A DNA stretch of 64,000 bases from an uncultured Chloroflexia bacterium (GTDB taxonomy: Bacteria; Chloroflexota; Limnocylindria; Limnocylindrales; CSP1-4). Each line of letters starts with the position of its first letter. The first letter of the stretch is position 1. The notes below the pieces were generated by a model. That model was given only the letters and a program-made list of their open reading frames with translations. It had not been told where the DNA came from and made no database searches. Location: NCBI GenBank assembly GCA_963813335.1, contig CAWEYL010000003.1:480001-544000 (forward strand), read 5' to 3'. The position numbers and the translations under genes were made by a program. This document shows, one piece after another, positions 55,102 through 64,000 of this stretch.

Positions 55102-56005
55102 TCAGCCCGCCGCGACCGCGCGCCGGTTGACGCGTCGGCGGCCGACCTCGCCCTCGGGCACGGCCGGGCGATGGGCGAGGATCCAGCGGCCGCAGTCGGG
55201 GTCGTGGCCCATCAGCACGTCGGCGGCCATGACCGAGGCCTTGACCTCGGGCATCAGCGGGTTGGTGATCGCCGAGGTCATGCCGCTGGCGATGGCCATC
55301 GGCAGGAAGGCGGCGTTGATGCCCTCGCGCTGGGGCAGCCCGAAGCTGACGTTCGAGGCGCCGCAGGTCGTGTTGACGCCGAGCTCCTCGCGCAGGCGGC
55401 GGACGAGCGTGAAGACCTGGCGGCCCGCCTCGGCGAGCGCGCCGATGGGCATGACCAGCGGGTCGACGACGATGTCCGAGGCGCGGGATGCCGTGGTCCG
55501 CGGCACGCTCGACGATGCGCTTCGCGACGGCGAAGCGGACGTCCGGGTCCATGCTGATCCCGGTGTCGTCGTTGCTGATCGCGACGACCGCGGCGCCGTA
55601 CTTGCGGACCAGCGGCAGGACGCGCTCGAGGCGCTCCTCCTCGCCGGTCACGGAGTTGACCAGCGGCTTGCCCTGGTAGACGGCGAGCCCGGCCTCGAGC
55701 GCCTCGACGATCGACGAGTCGATCGACAGCGGCAGGTCGGTCAGCGACTGGACGAGCTGGATGGTCTTCGCGAGGATCGCCGGCTCGTCGGCCAGCGGGA
55801 TCCCGGCGTTGACGTCGAGCATGTGGGCGCCGGCCTCGACCTGGGCGAGCACGTCGCGCTCGACCCGGCTGAAGTCGCCGGCCTTCATCTCCTCGGCCAG
55901 GAGCTTGCGGCCGGTCGGGTTGATGCGCTCGCCGATGATCACGAACGGCCGGTCGAAGCCGATGACGACCTCGCGAGTCGCCGAGGACAGGACGGTGTCG
56001 GTCAC
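55102..56005 (-). CDS. Methyl-THF:corrinoid methyltransferase, pterin-binding domain (frameshift ~55485)
   Basis: IIGERINPTGRK, LDVNAG, LSIDSS, VNSVTGE, GASNVSFGLP. Confidence 0.9.
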
Positions 56006-56358
56006 TGGGCCATCTCCGACTTGCGCGGGATCGGCGTCTCGTGGGCCGGCGGCAGCACGGGTCCGCCGGAGACACCGCCGCTCTGGATCAGCTCGGCCAG
56101 GTGGTGCTTGTCGAAGGCGGCCTCGAGGCGCTCCGCCTCGGCGCTCACCTCGGCCTCGATGTCGTCGCCGCAGCGCCGCTGCTCGCGGCGCCACTCCTCG
56201 ATGTAGTCGTTGTAGGCGCTCTTGCCGGCGCGCGCGGCGGCCTTGTCGATGGCGACCTGGAAGCGCGGGTGGAGGACCTGCTTGCTCTGGCGCCGGCCCT
56301 CGCGGGCGAGCACCTGCGCTGGGATGTCGCGCCACCAGATCACGGTCATGACGCCCAT
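56002..56358 (-). CDS. 'Virulence factor' (CvfA-N-like) small protein of corrinoid clusters
   Basis: IWWRDIPAQV, RFQVAIDKAA, YIEEWR. Confidence 0.75.
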   Translation of the reverse strand: MGVMTVIWWRDIPAQVLAREGRRQSKQVLHPRFQVAIDKAAARAGKSAYNDYIEEWRREQRRCGDDIEAEVSAEAERLEAAFDKHHLAELIQSGGVSGGPVLPPAHETPIPRKSEMAQ

Positions 56359-56365
56359 GGCGGCC

Positions 56366-56957
56366 TCAGGCGACCGCGCGACGGATGGTCGGGGTCAGCT
56401 CGCCGTAGCCGGTCGAGCGGCGCTCGAAGGCGAGCCCGAGTCGCGTGGCGGCGGCCTCGGCCTTCGCGGTCAGCTCCGGGTCGTCGGTCTGGGCGAGGTA
56501 GACCAGCCGGCGGTAGCTCCCGAAGTAGTCGGGCAGCAGCTCCGGATGGCGGTCGAGCCCGAGGCCCGCGAGCACGATGGTCTCGAACTGGCGGGCCAGG
56601 AAATCAGTCAGGTAGAACGTGCCGAGCTCCTCGTCCTGCATCGCCGCGAAGGCGGCCGAGCCGGCATAGAACTCGTAGCAGTGGGCGCCGGCGATGCGCT
56701 CCACGCCCTCGCGCTCGATCACCGCGTCGAGCGCGCCGCCGGTCCCGCAGTCGGCGTAGGCGACGAACAGGCGGATGTCGGGGCCGTAGGTCCGGCGCGT
56801 CTCGGCGATGCGGGCGGCGACCGCGTCGGCGATCAGCGCCGGGCGCATGTGCAGGCGGGCGTCGATGCAGACGACCTTGACCGCGGGCAGGTCCCGGGTC
56901 AGCGCGAGGAGCTCGCGCGCGAGCGCGCCACAGCCGATGACGACGACGCGCGGTGTC

Positions 56958-56974
<17 letters not shown>
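56366..56974 (-). CDS. DUF1638 protein
   Basis: IGCGALARE, LHMRP, YADCGTGG, AHCYEFY, FYLTDFL. Confidence 0.8.
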
Positions 56975-57659
<685 letters not shown>

Positions 57660-57710
57660 CGGGATCCGTCGCTCCGTGTCGTCGTGCCTGCGTCGCGTGG
57701 CGTGGTGCGT

Positions 57711-57747
57711 GGTTCCACGATGTGGAACCGTACCGTATGATGGAACC
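57711..57747. promoter_or_regulatory. Tandem IclR-type operator candidates
   Basis: GGTTCCAC-GAT-GTGGAACC (57711-57729) plus degenerate CGTACCGT-ATG-ATGGAACC (57729-57747). Confidence 0.7.
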
Positions 57748-57778
57748 GCGACCCGGAATCTAGCCGACAGGGAGGCCC

Positions 57779-58529
57779 ATGTCCAGCGTCCAGGCCATCA
57801 GGCGGGCCTTCGACGTGCTCAGCGCGCTCGCGGCCGGCCCGCTCGGGGTCACCGAGGTCGCGGATCGCTCCGGCCTGCCCAAGTCGACGGCGGCGCGGAT
57901 GCTCGCGACGCTGGTCCACGAGGGCGCCGTCGAGCAGGTGCCGGGCGACTCGCGCTACCGGCTCGGGCCGCGCATGGCGACGCTGGCCGCGGGGCTGACG
58001 CCGGCCCGCTCGCTGGCCGCGGTGGCGCATGCCTCGCTGGCGGCCCTGGCCGCGTCGGCCGGCGAGGCCGCCGGCCTGTCGGTCCCGGACGGCGACCTCG
58101 TCCACTACATCGACCAGGTGGACACGCCCGAACCCGGTCTCGGTCCGCGACTGGACCGGCAGCCGGGTCCCGCTGCACGCCGTCTCCTCCGGCCAGGTGC
58201 TGCTGGCGTTCCGGCCGCCCGGCGCCATCGAGCGCTACCTCGAGCGGCCGCTGGAACGGTTCACGCCGCGGACCGTCGTGGATCCCGACGCGCTCCGCGA
58301 GCGGCTGCGGGCCATCCGTCGCGACGGATACGCCTGGGTCCTCGAGGAGTTCGACGAGGGGATCGCGTCGGTGGCCGCGCCGATCGCGGACGGGTCCGGC
58401 GAGGTCATCGCCGCGGTCCACCTCCACGGGCCGTCGTACCGCTTCCCCGCGGACGGGGCGGCCGAGGTGATCGCCGAGGCCGTGGTCGGTGCCGCGGCCC
58501 GGATCGCGAAGGATCTGCGACGGACGTAG
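57779..58529 (+). CDS. IclR-family regulator (frameshift ~58128)
   Basis: VQAIRRAFDVL, LPKSTAARML, PLHAVSSG, GIASVAAPI. Confidence 0.9.
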
Positions 58530-58633
58530 CAGCGGGAAGTGGCGCCGGCGTCCCGACGACGGGGAGTGGGGCCGTGGACATGACGACGGGGAGTCGCGCC
58601 GCCGGCCGGCCGGGCCGCGATGCCGGCTGTCGA

Positions 58634-58846
58634 GCGACCCGGCATGACGCTCATCCACAGAACGCTATGGCCGATGCATGGCGGATCCTCGGCCTGGGGG
58701 ACCCGTTCGGTCGACCATCGGACTCGTGCCTGAGCACGAGATCGGCTGCTCAGCCGGCCGATCGGCGTGTCCACCCGACCGGTCAGGCCCTCCGAGGACG
58801 TCCGACCGGCCATTACGTTCTGTCCATGGTCGTTGTGCCGGGTCGC
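58634..58846. mobile_element. MITE-like element, copy 2 (inverted relative to copy 1)
   Basis: ~42-bp imperfect TIRs; ends are 38/46 and 34/42 identical to the ends of 20788-20990. Confidence 0.7.
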
Positions 58847-59040
58847 GGCTCCACCGGGCATCGCGGCACCGACCGGGCAACGCCCCGCCTCCGCCCGCCC
58901 GCGCCCGCCACGGGCCTACGGATCGAGCCTTCATCCCCTCTTCATGGCCCGCCGGCATCCTGTGGCCACGCCGCGAACCCACGCGGCCCAGCAGTCCGTC
59001 CCCGTGCTCACCGCGGGGCTCTGGTAGGAAGGAGTTCGTC

Positions 59041-59586
59041 TTGGCGAACCACCGACGCCGCTCGCTCGCCGGCAGCCTGCTCGTCCTGAGCGGACTGACC
59101 GCCGCCCTCGTCGCCCCGGCGGCCACCTTCGCCGCCTCGCCCGACGCAACACCCGCCACGACCAACTGCAGCGAGACCCACTGGCCCGTCTCCGTGCAGG
59201 GCGTGCCGCTGACCCTCAAGGCGGGCGCGCGGGCCGGCGACTACATCTGGCACAGCTCGACCGGGTGGCACCTGCGCGTGACCCATCCCGGGTCGGCGAA
59301 GGTCACGTTCACCGGTCGCATCGTCTCGAGCGCGCCCATGACCTTCAAGCCGGCACGACTCGAGAAGGGCGACACGATCACCCTGAGCGCCGACAAGAAG
59401 ACGCTGACCTACAAGTTCTACAACTACGGCAAGATCGACGGCATCGACTTCAAGACCGCGTGCGCCCAGCGGCTGCGGTTCTCGGCCTCGATCAACGGCA
59501 ACAAGCTCGCGACGAGCCGGATCATGCTCGGCACGCATGGGCGGCACCCGCTCGAGAACCCGTTCGTGGTCATCAAGATCGTCTGA
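59041..59586 (+). CDS. Secreted hypothetical protein
   Basis: AAGGAG RBS, TTG start, signal peptide, YIWHSSTGWHLRVTH. Confidence 0.8.
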   Translation: MANHRRRSLAGSLLVLSGLTAALVAPAATFAASPDATPATTNCSETHWPVSVQGVPLTLKAGARAGDYIWHSSTGWHLRVTHPGSAKVTFTGRIVSSAPMTFKPARLEKGDTITLSADKKTLTYKFYNYGKIDGIDFKTACAQRLRFSASINGNKLATSRIMLGTHGRHPLENPFVVIKIV

Positions 59587-59608
59587 TCGAGACCCATCCC
59601 GGGGACAG

Positions 59609-59636
59609 CGGCGGCGGTCGGCGACGACCGCCGCCG
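59609..59636. terminator. Hairpin between convergent genes
   Basis: cggcggcggtcg-gcga-cgaccgccgccg. Confidence 0.7.
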
Positions 59637-59644
59637 TTCCTTGT

Positions 59645-60367
59645 CTAGGACGTGGTGACCGGCGCGCCCCGCCCCGGCGCCTCGAGCGGCGTCATGCGGT
59701 GCTCGGCGATCAGCGTCTGGGCGTCGAACTGGCCGCGGCCCAGGACGAACCAGATCGCGGTGACCGGCACCTCGCCGATGTTGGCGAGGCGGTGCGGGAT
59801 CGACGAGTCGATCGAGATCGCGTCGCCGGGCCTCAGCACGTACTCCTCGAAGCCGATGCGCACCTGGAGCGACCCGGTCAGGACGTAGCCCCACTCATGG
59901 CCGGCGTGGCGCTGGTAGGCGTCCTCCGGGCTCGACGCGCCGCCGACCTCGTAGGTCACGTGCAGGAACTCGATGCCGGGCTCCGACATCGTCGTCAGGC
60001 GCTCCCATTCCACGCCGGACGCGAGGCGGATGCGGTGCCGGTCGACGGCATGCTGGACCGGCGCCCCGGGCGCCATCGTGCCGACCGTCCCGGGCTGCGC
60101 CGGCACCGGCGCGGCCTCGGCCGGGCGCCGGTCGTTGAACAGCAGCTCGTCGAGCGAGACGTCGAGCTCCCCGGCGATCGCGTACAGCGTGCTGACCGAC
60201 GGGTTCGCGCGGCCGGTCTCGATCTGCGAGATCAGGCTCGGGGAGACGCCGAGGCGGTCGGCCAGCTCGCGCAGGCTGAGCCCGCGTCCGCGCCGCGCCT
60301 CGCGCAGGGCGTCGCCCATCTCCGGGTAGTCCAGCTTGCCGTTCCGTGGAGTTCGAGCCGTGGCCAA
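59645..60367 (-). CDS. XRE-family HTH-cupin regulator (PuuR-like)
   Basis: LSLRELADRLGVSPSLISQIETG..PSV; HAGHEWGYV, PGDAISIDSSIPH. Confidence 0.9.
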   Translation of the reverse strand: MATARTPRNGKLDYPEMGDALREARRGRGLSLRELADRLGVSPSLISQIETGRANPSVSTLYAIAGELDVSLDELLFNDRRPAEAAPVPAQPGTVGTMAPGAPVQHAVDRHRIRLASGVEWERLTTMSEPGIEFLHVTYEVGGASSPEDAYQRHAGHEWGYVLTGSLQVRIGFEEYVLRPGDAISIDSSIPHRLANIGEVPVTAIWFVLGRGQFDAQTLIAEHRMTPLEAPGRGAPVTTS

Positions 60368-60452
60368 GCGCCTGCGTCCTTCGGTCGTGCCTGGGGCCTG
60401 ATGGTCCTGATTATCGGCGTCGGCGGGACGACCCGCCGATCGGCTCGGTGGC

Positions 60453-61157
60453 CTAGCGACAGTGCCACCCTCCGTCGACGATGAGGTCGACGCCGTTCAC
60501 CCCGGTGTTCTCGAGCAGGAACACGGTGGCGTCGACGATCTCGGCCATCGTGGTCAGCCGCTCGATCGGCGTCTCCGAGGTGTATCGCGCGATGGCCGCC
60601 GGCTTCTCGGACCAGTACGGGCTGTCCCCGACGACGCCGGGATGGATGGAGTTGACCCGGCGCGGCTTGAGCTCCTCGACGAGCGTCCGCGTCAGCCCCA
60701 CGACCCCGCCGTTGACGGTCGTGACGGTGGTCGAGCCCGGATACGGCCGCTCCTTGGCCATCCCGCCGAAGAGCACGAGCGAGGCGTCGTCGGTGAGCCG
60801 GTCGCGCAGGGCGTGGACGACCTCGGTGTAGCCCACCAGCTTCAGCGTGACGAGGCGGATCGCGCGGACGAGGTCGTAGTCGGCGACGGTGTTCTGGTCG
60901 CGGTCGATGGCGGCGAGGACGAGCCGGCGGACCGGCCCGACGCCGGCGAGGGCCGGTCCGATCGACGTCGGCTCGGCGAGGTCGAAGGCGAGCCCGGTGG
61001 TCGCGCCGCCGACCTCGGCGACCGCGGCCGCGACGTTCGCCGGATCCTGCCCGGTCAGGACGACCGTGCCGCCCTTCGATGCGTAGTGCCGCGCGATCTC
61101 CTGCCCGATCGCCCGGGTGCCCCCGACGACGACCACCGCTCCTGCAGCCTCGTTCAC
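60453..61157 (-). CDS. Atypical SDR oxidoreductase
   Basis: VGGTRAIG, RVNSIHPG, IVDGG. Confidence 0.85.
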   Translation of the reverse strand: MNEAAGAVVVVGGTRAIGQEIARHYASKGGTVVLTGQDPANVAAAVAEVGGATTGLAFDLAEPTSIGPALAGVGPVRRLVLAAIDRDQNTVADYDLVRAIRLVTLKLVGYTEVVHALRDRLTDDASLVLFGGMAKERPYPGSTTVTTVNGGVVGLTRTLVEELKPRRVNSIHPGVVGDSPYWSEKPAAIARYTSETPIERLTTMAEIVDATVFLLENTGVNGVDLIVDGGWHCR

Positions 61158-62077
61158 GATCGCTCCTCCGTTCTGCTGGTCTCGTAGCGCTCCCAGTCGC
61201 GGATCCAGCGATAGGAGTGGCGCGCCGGCGGCTGCGGGGCCTGGGTCTCGATCCAGCGGACCCGTTCGTCGCCGGTGTTGTAGAAGCCGTGGACCGCGCC
61301 CACGCCGGCGAACGCGACGTCGCCGGGCCGGAACACGTAGTGCTGGCCCTCGAACTCGCCCTCGATCTCGCCGGCGAGGAAGACGTACGCCTCCTCGAAC
61401 GGGTGGTCGTGCGCCTGGGCGGCGCCGCCCAGCTCGTAGTCGACGGTGAACATCGTCACGTGGTCCGCGCCGGACTGGTGGTCGACCAGCATCTTCACCG
61501 AGATCCCGCTGTAGACCACGAGCGCGGTGTCCCGCCCGGCCGACGCGCGGCCGCGCGCCTCGTCCTTGACGCGCAAGCGTCTCGAGCTGGGGGCCGGTCC
61601 CGTCGTAGTGGCCGACCAGCCGGAGGGTCGGGTCGCCGAAGGGCGGCCGTTTCGCGGCCGCGTCCATCGCGGCCAGGTCCTGGGCCGGCTCGAAGAAGGT
61701 GTCCTTCCGCCCGGCGTCCGGCGGCAGCCGCTGCGGCGATGCCAGCGACAGCATCCGGACCGGCGTCGCGTGCTGCTGTTCCCGAGCGCGTGGCGGTAGC
61801 CGGTCGGCATCAGGGCGTAGTCGCCCGGGACGAGGCGATGGAACGCGCCGGCGATCTCGAGCAGCAGCTCGCCCTCGAGGATGTAGAGCGTCTCCTCGAA
61901 GCTGTGGACGTGCGGGGCGAGCCAGCCGCCGGGCAGGATGGCGACCGCCGCGAGGTCCGTGTGGACCGCGCCCTGCGCCCGGCCGACGAGGGGGGCGCGG
62001 GCGAGCCCCGACGAGGTGGCGCTGGCGGGAGCCGGATGGTCGACGAACGACCAGTCGATGCGACCGACGGAATGCAT
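61154..62077 (-). CDS. Bicupin protein (frameshifted)
   Basis: HVHSFEETLYILEG and HDHPFEEAYVFLAG cupin motifs. Confidence 0.85.
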   Translation of the reverse strand: MHSVGRIDWSFVDHPAPASATSSGLARAPLVGRAQGAVHTDLAAVAILPGGWLAPHVHSFEETLYILEGELLLEIAGAFHRLVPGDYALMPTGYRHALGNSSTRRRSGCCRWHRRSGCRRTPGGRTPSSSRPRTWPRWTRPRNGRPSATRPSGWSATTTGPAPSSRRLRVKDEARGRASAGRDTALVVYSGISVKMLVDHQSGADHVTMFTVDYELGGAAQAHDHPFEEAYVFLAGEIEGEFEGQHYVFRPGDVAFAGVGAVHGFYNTGDERVRWIETQAPQPPARHSYRWIRDWERYETSRTEERS

Positions 62078-62098
62078 GGGTCCTGCTGGCTGGCTCCG

Positions 62099-63079
62099 CT
62101 ACTCGAACCGTCGCGACCAGGCGTCGACGCCGACGGCCAGGAGCAGGATGACACCGAGCGTGACCTGCTGGTAGAACGGGTCGAGCCCGAGCAGGTTGAA
62201 GCCGTTGGCGATGAGGGCGACGAACAGGCAGCCGAGGACCGTCCGACCGATCGTCCCCTCGCCGCCGAGGATGCTCGTGCCGCCGACGATGATGCCGGTC
62301 AGGACGGTGAAGGTCAGGAACTGGCCGCTGCTGGCCTGGGCGCTGAGCACCCGCGACGCGTCGAGGATCCCGGCCATGGCCGCGGCCGTGCCGCTCAGCG
62401 CGAAGGTCGCGACCCGGATGGCGTCGACCCGGACACCCCCGAGCCGCGCGGCCTGGGCGTTGCCGCCCGTCGCGTAGACATAGCGGCCGAACGTGGTCCG
62501 GCTCAGGAGGATGAAGGCGAGGACCGCGATGATGATCATCATCCAGGCGCCGCTCGTGATGCCCAGGATCTTGGTGGCCGCGAACGCCTGGAAGTCGAGG
62601 CGGTCGAGGGCGACGACGAGGTTGCCCTTGGTCACGATCGCCGCGATCCCGCTCACGACGAAGGTCATCGCCAGGGTCCCGATGAGGGGATTGATCCGGA
62701 ACCGGGTGACGATGATCCCGTTCGCGAGGCCGACGGCCAGGCCGACCGCCAGGCCGGCCAGGATCCCCACGGGCGCGGAGACCGCGGTCGCGGTCTGGAG
62801 CGACACGGCGGCCGCGAGCCCGTAGATCGCCCCGATCGAGAGGTCGATGCCACCGGCGATCAGCACGAAGGTGCCGGCGCAGGCCACGATGATGATCCCG
62901 GCCTGCTGGTCGAGGATGTTGGTGAGGTTGGCGACCTTCAGGAACGGCGGCGAGATGATCGCCAGCACGACGAACGCGATCAGGAACGGGATGAGGATCC
63001 CGGCCCGGCCGACGACCCGCCCGAGGCGCTGCGACAGCGGGGCGTCAGGCTGGCTGGCGGGCACCGCCTCCGTGCTCAT
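62099..63079 (-). CDS. Sugar-type ABC permease (RbsC-like)
   Basis: GGIDLSIG, GRYVYATGGN..AARLGG, IVGGTSILGG. Confidence 0.92.
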   Translation of the reverse strand: MSTEAVPASQPDAPLSQRLGRVVGRAGILIPFLIAFVVLAIISPPFLKVANLTNILDQQAGIIIVACAGTFVLIAGGIDLSIGAIYGLAAAVSLQTATAVSAPVGILAGLAVGLAVGLANGIIVTRFRINPLIGTLAMTFVVSGIAAIVTKGNLVVALDRLDFQAFAATKILGITSGAWMMIIIAVLAFILLSRTTFGRYVYATGGNAQAARLGGVRVDAIRVATFALSGTAAAMAGILDASRVLSAQASSGQFLTFTVLTGIIVGGTSILGGEGTIGRTVLGCLFVALIANGFNLLGLDPFYQQVTLGVILLLAVGVDAWSRRFE

Positions 63080-64000
63080 GCCGCGCTCGAAGTGGTCGTG
63101 CCGAACGCTGCACCCACGATCGCCTCCTCCGTCATGTCCGGACCCGACAGCTCCGCGACGAGGCGCCCGGCGCGCATCACGAGCACCCGATGCGCCAGCC
63201 CGAGGATCTCCTCGACCTCGTTGGAGATGAGCAGGATCGCCAGCCCGTCCGCGGCGAGCTTGACCAGGACCTCGTAGATGTCCCGCTTGGCCCCGACGTC
63301 GATCCCGCGGGTCGGCTCGTCCGCGAGGAGCACACCCGGGTCGATCAGCAGCGACCGGGCGAACAGGAGCTTCTGCTGGTTGCCGCCGGACAGCGATCCG
63401 GCCGGCGCGTCGACGAGGTCGGTCCCGTCCACCCGCGCGAGCGCGGCACGCACCTCGGCACGCTCCGGGCCGCGCCGGACGAACCCGAGGCGCTGGAAGC
63501 GCTCCAGGCTGGTGAGGCTGACGTTCTCGCGGATCGGGCGGCGGAGGATCAGCCCATCGTCCTTGCGCGACTCCGGGATCATCGCCACGCCGGCCTTGAT
63601 CGACGCGGCCGGCTGCCCGCCGAGCGGCTCGCCGCGCACGAGGACTCGTCCGGCGGTGACGGGGTCCGCCCCGTAGATCGCGCGGGCGAGCTCCGAGCGC
63701 CCCGCACCGATCAGGCCGGCCAGGCCCACGATCTCGCCGGCTCGCAGGGTCAGCGACACGTCGGCGACGCCGAGGGCCGTCAGGCCGTCGATGGTGATCG
63801 CGACCGGGGCATCGGGCGGCGGCGGCTGCTTCGGTGGATACGTCCGACTGGCCGGCCGGCCGAGCATCCCGGTGACGAGGCTCGCCTCGGTCTCGTCGGC
63901 GGTCGGCCCGGTCCGCACGACGCGCCCGTCGCGCAGGACGGTGACGACATCGGACAGGTCGAGCACCTCGCCGAGGAAGTGCGAGACGAGGATGACCGTG
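63076..64000 (-). CDS. Sugar-type ABC ATP-binding protein (RbsA-like), 5'-truncated
   Basis: GLIGAGRSEL, PESRK, LSGGNQQK, DEPTRGIDVGAK. Confidence 0.92.
   Translation of the reverse strand, partial: TVILVSHFLGEVLDLSDVVTVLRDGRVVRTGPTADETEASLVTGMLGRPASRTYPPKQPPPPDAPVAITIDGLTALGVADVSLTLRAGEIVGLAGLIGAGRSELARAIYGADPVTAGRVLVRGEPLGGQPAASIKAGVAMIPESRKDDGLILRRPIRENVSLTSLERFQRLGFVRRGPERAEVRAALARVDGTDLVDAPAGSLSGGNQQKLLFARSLLIDPGVLLADEPTRGIDVGAKRDIYEVLVKLAADGLAILLISNEVEEILGLAHRVLVMRAGRLVAELSGPDMTEEAIVGAAFGTTTSSAA

Overview
High-GC bacterial chromosome segment. Gene content and style suggest Chloroflexota (Limnocylindria-like); this is an inference. Many genes carry scattered single-base frameshifts, most likely long-read assembly errors. 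Main modules, left to right: leucine-type catabolism (biotin carboxylase, HMG-CoA lyase); HNH-CCA enzyme-TPR operon; galE; a gamma-glutamylation amine-catabolism cluster; purK/purE; nucleoside hydrolase with an ECF transporter; sufU-moeB-cysO-cysM-mec; a PotABCD-like ABC transporter with an FAD oxidoreductase; rrf2-sufC-sufS; a non-pyrrolysine MttB corrinoid methyl-transfer operon with metF and a divergent IclR; and a cupin/SDR/sugar-type ABC cluster. The most interesting non-gene signals are four. (1) A 680-bp transposase-less element (47615-48294) with 32-bp GGGG-ended terminal inverted repeats, an exact 14-bp flanking duplication and one promoter-equipped passenger gene. (2) Two oppositely oriented copies of a ~205-213-bp MITE-like element. 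(3) A 38-aa sORF followed by hairpins with anti-Shine-Dalgarno loops, a candidate 3'UTR sRNA, next to the C1 operon. (4) Two IscR-type operators linking a split suf locus to the CysO/CysM pathway.
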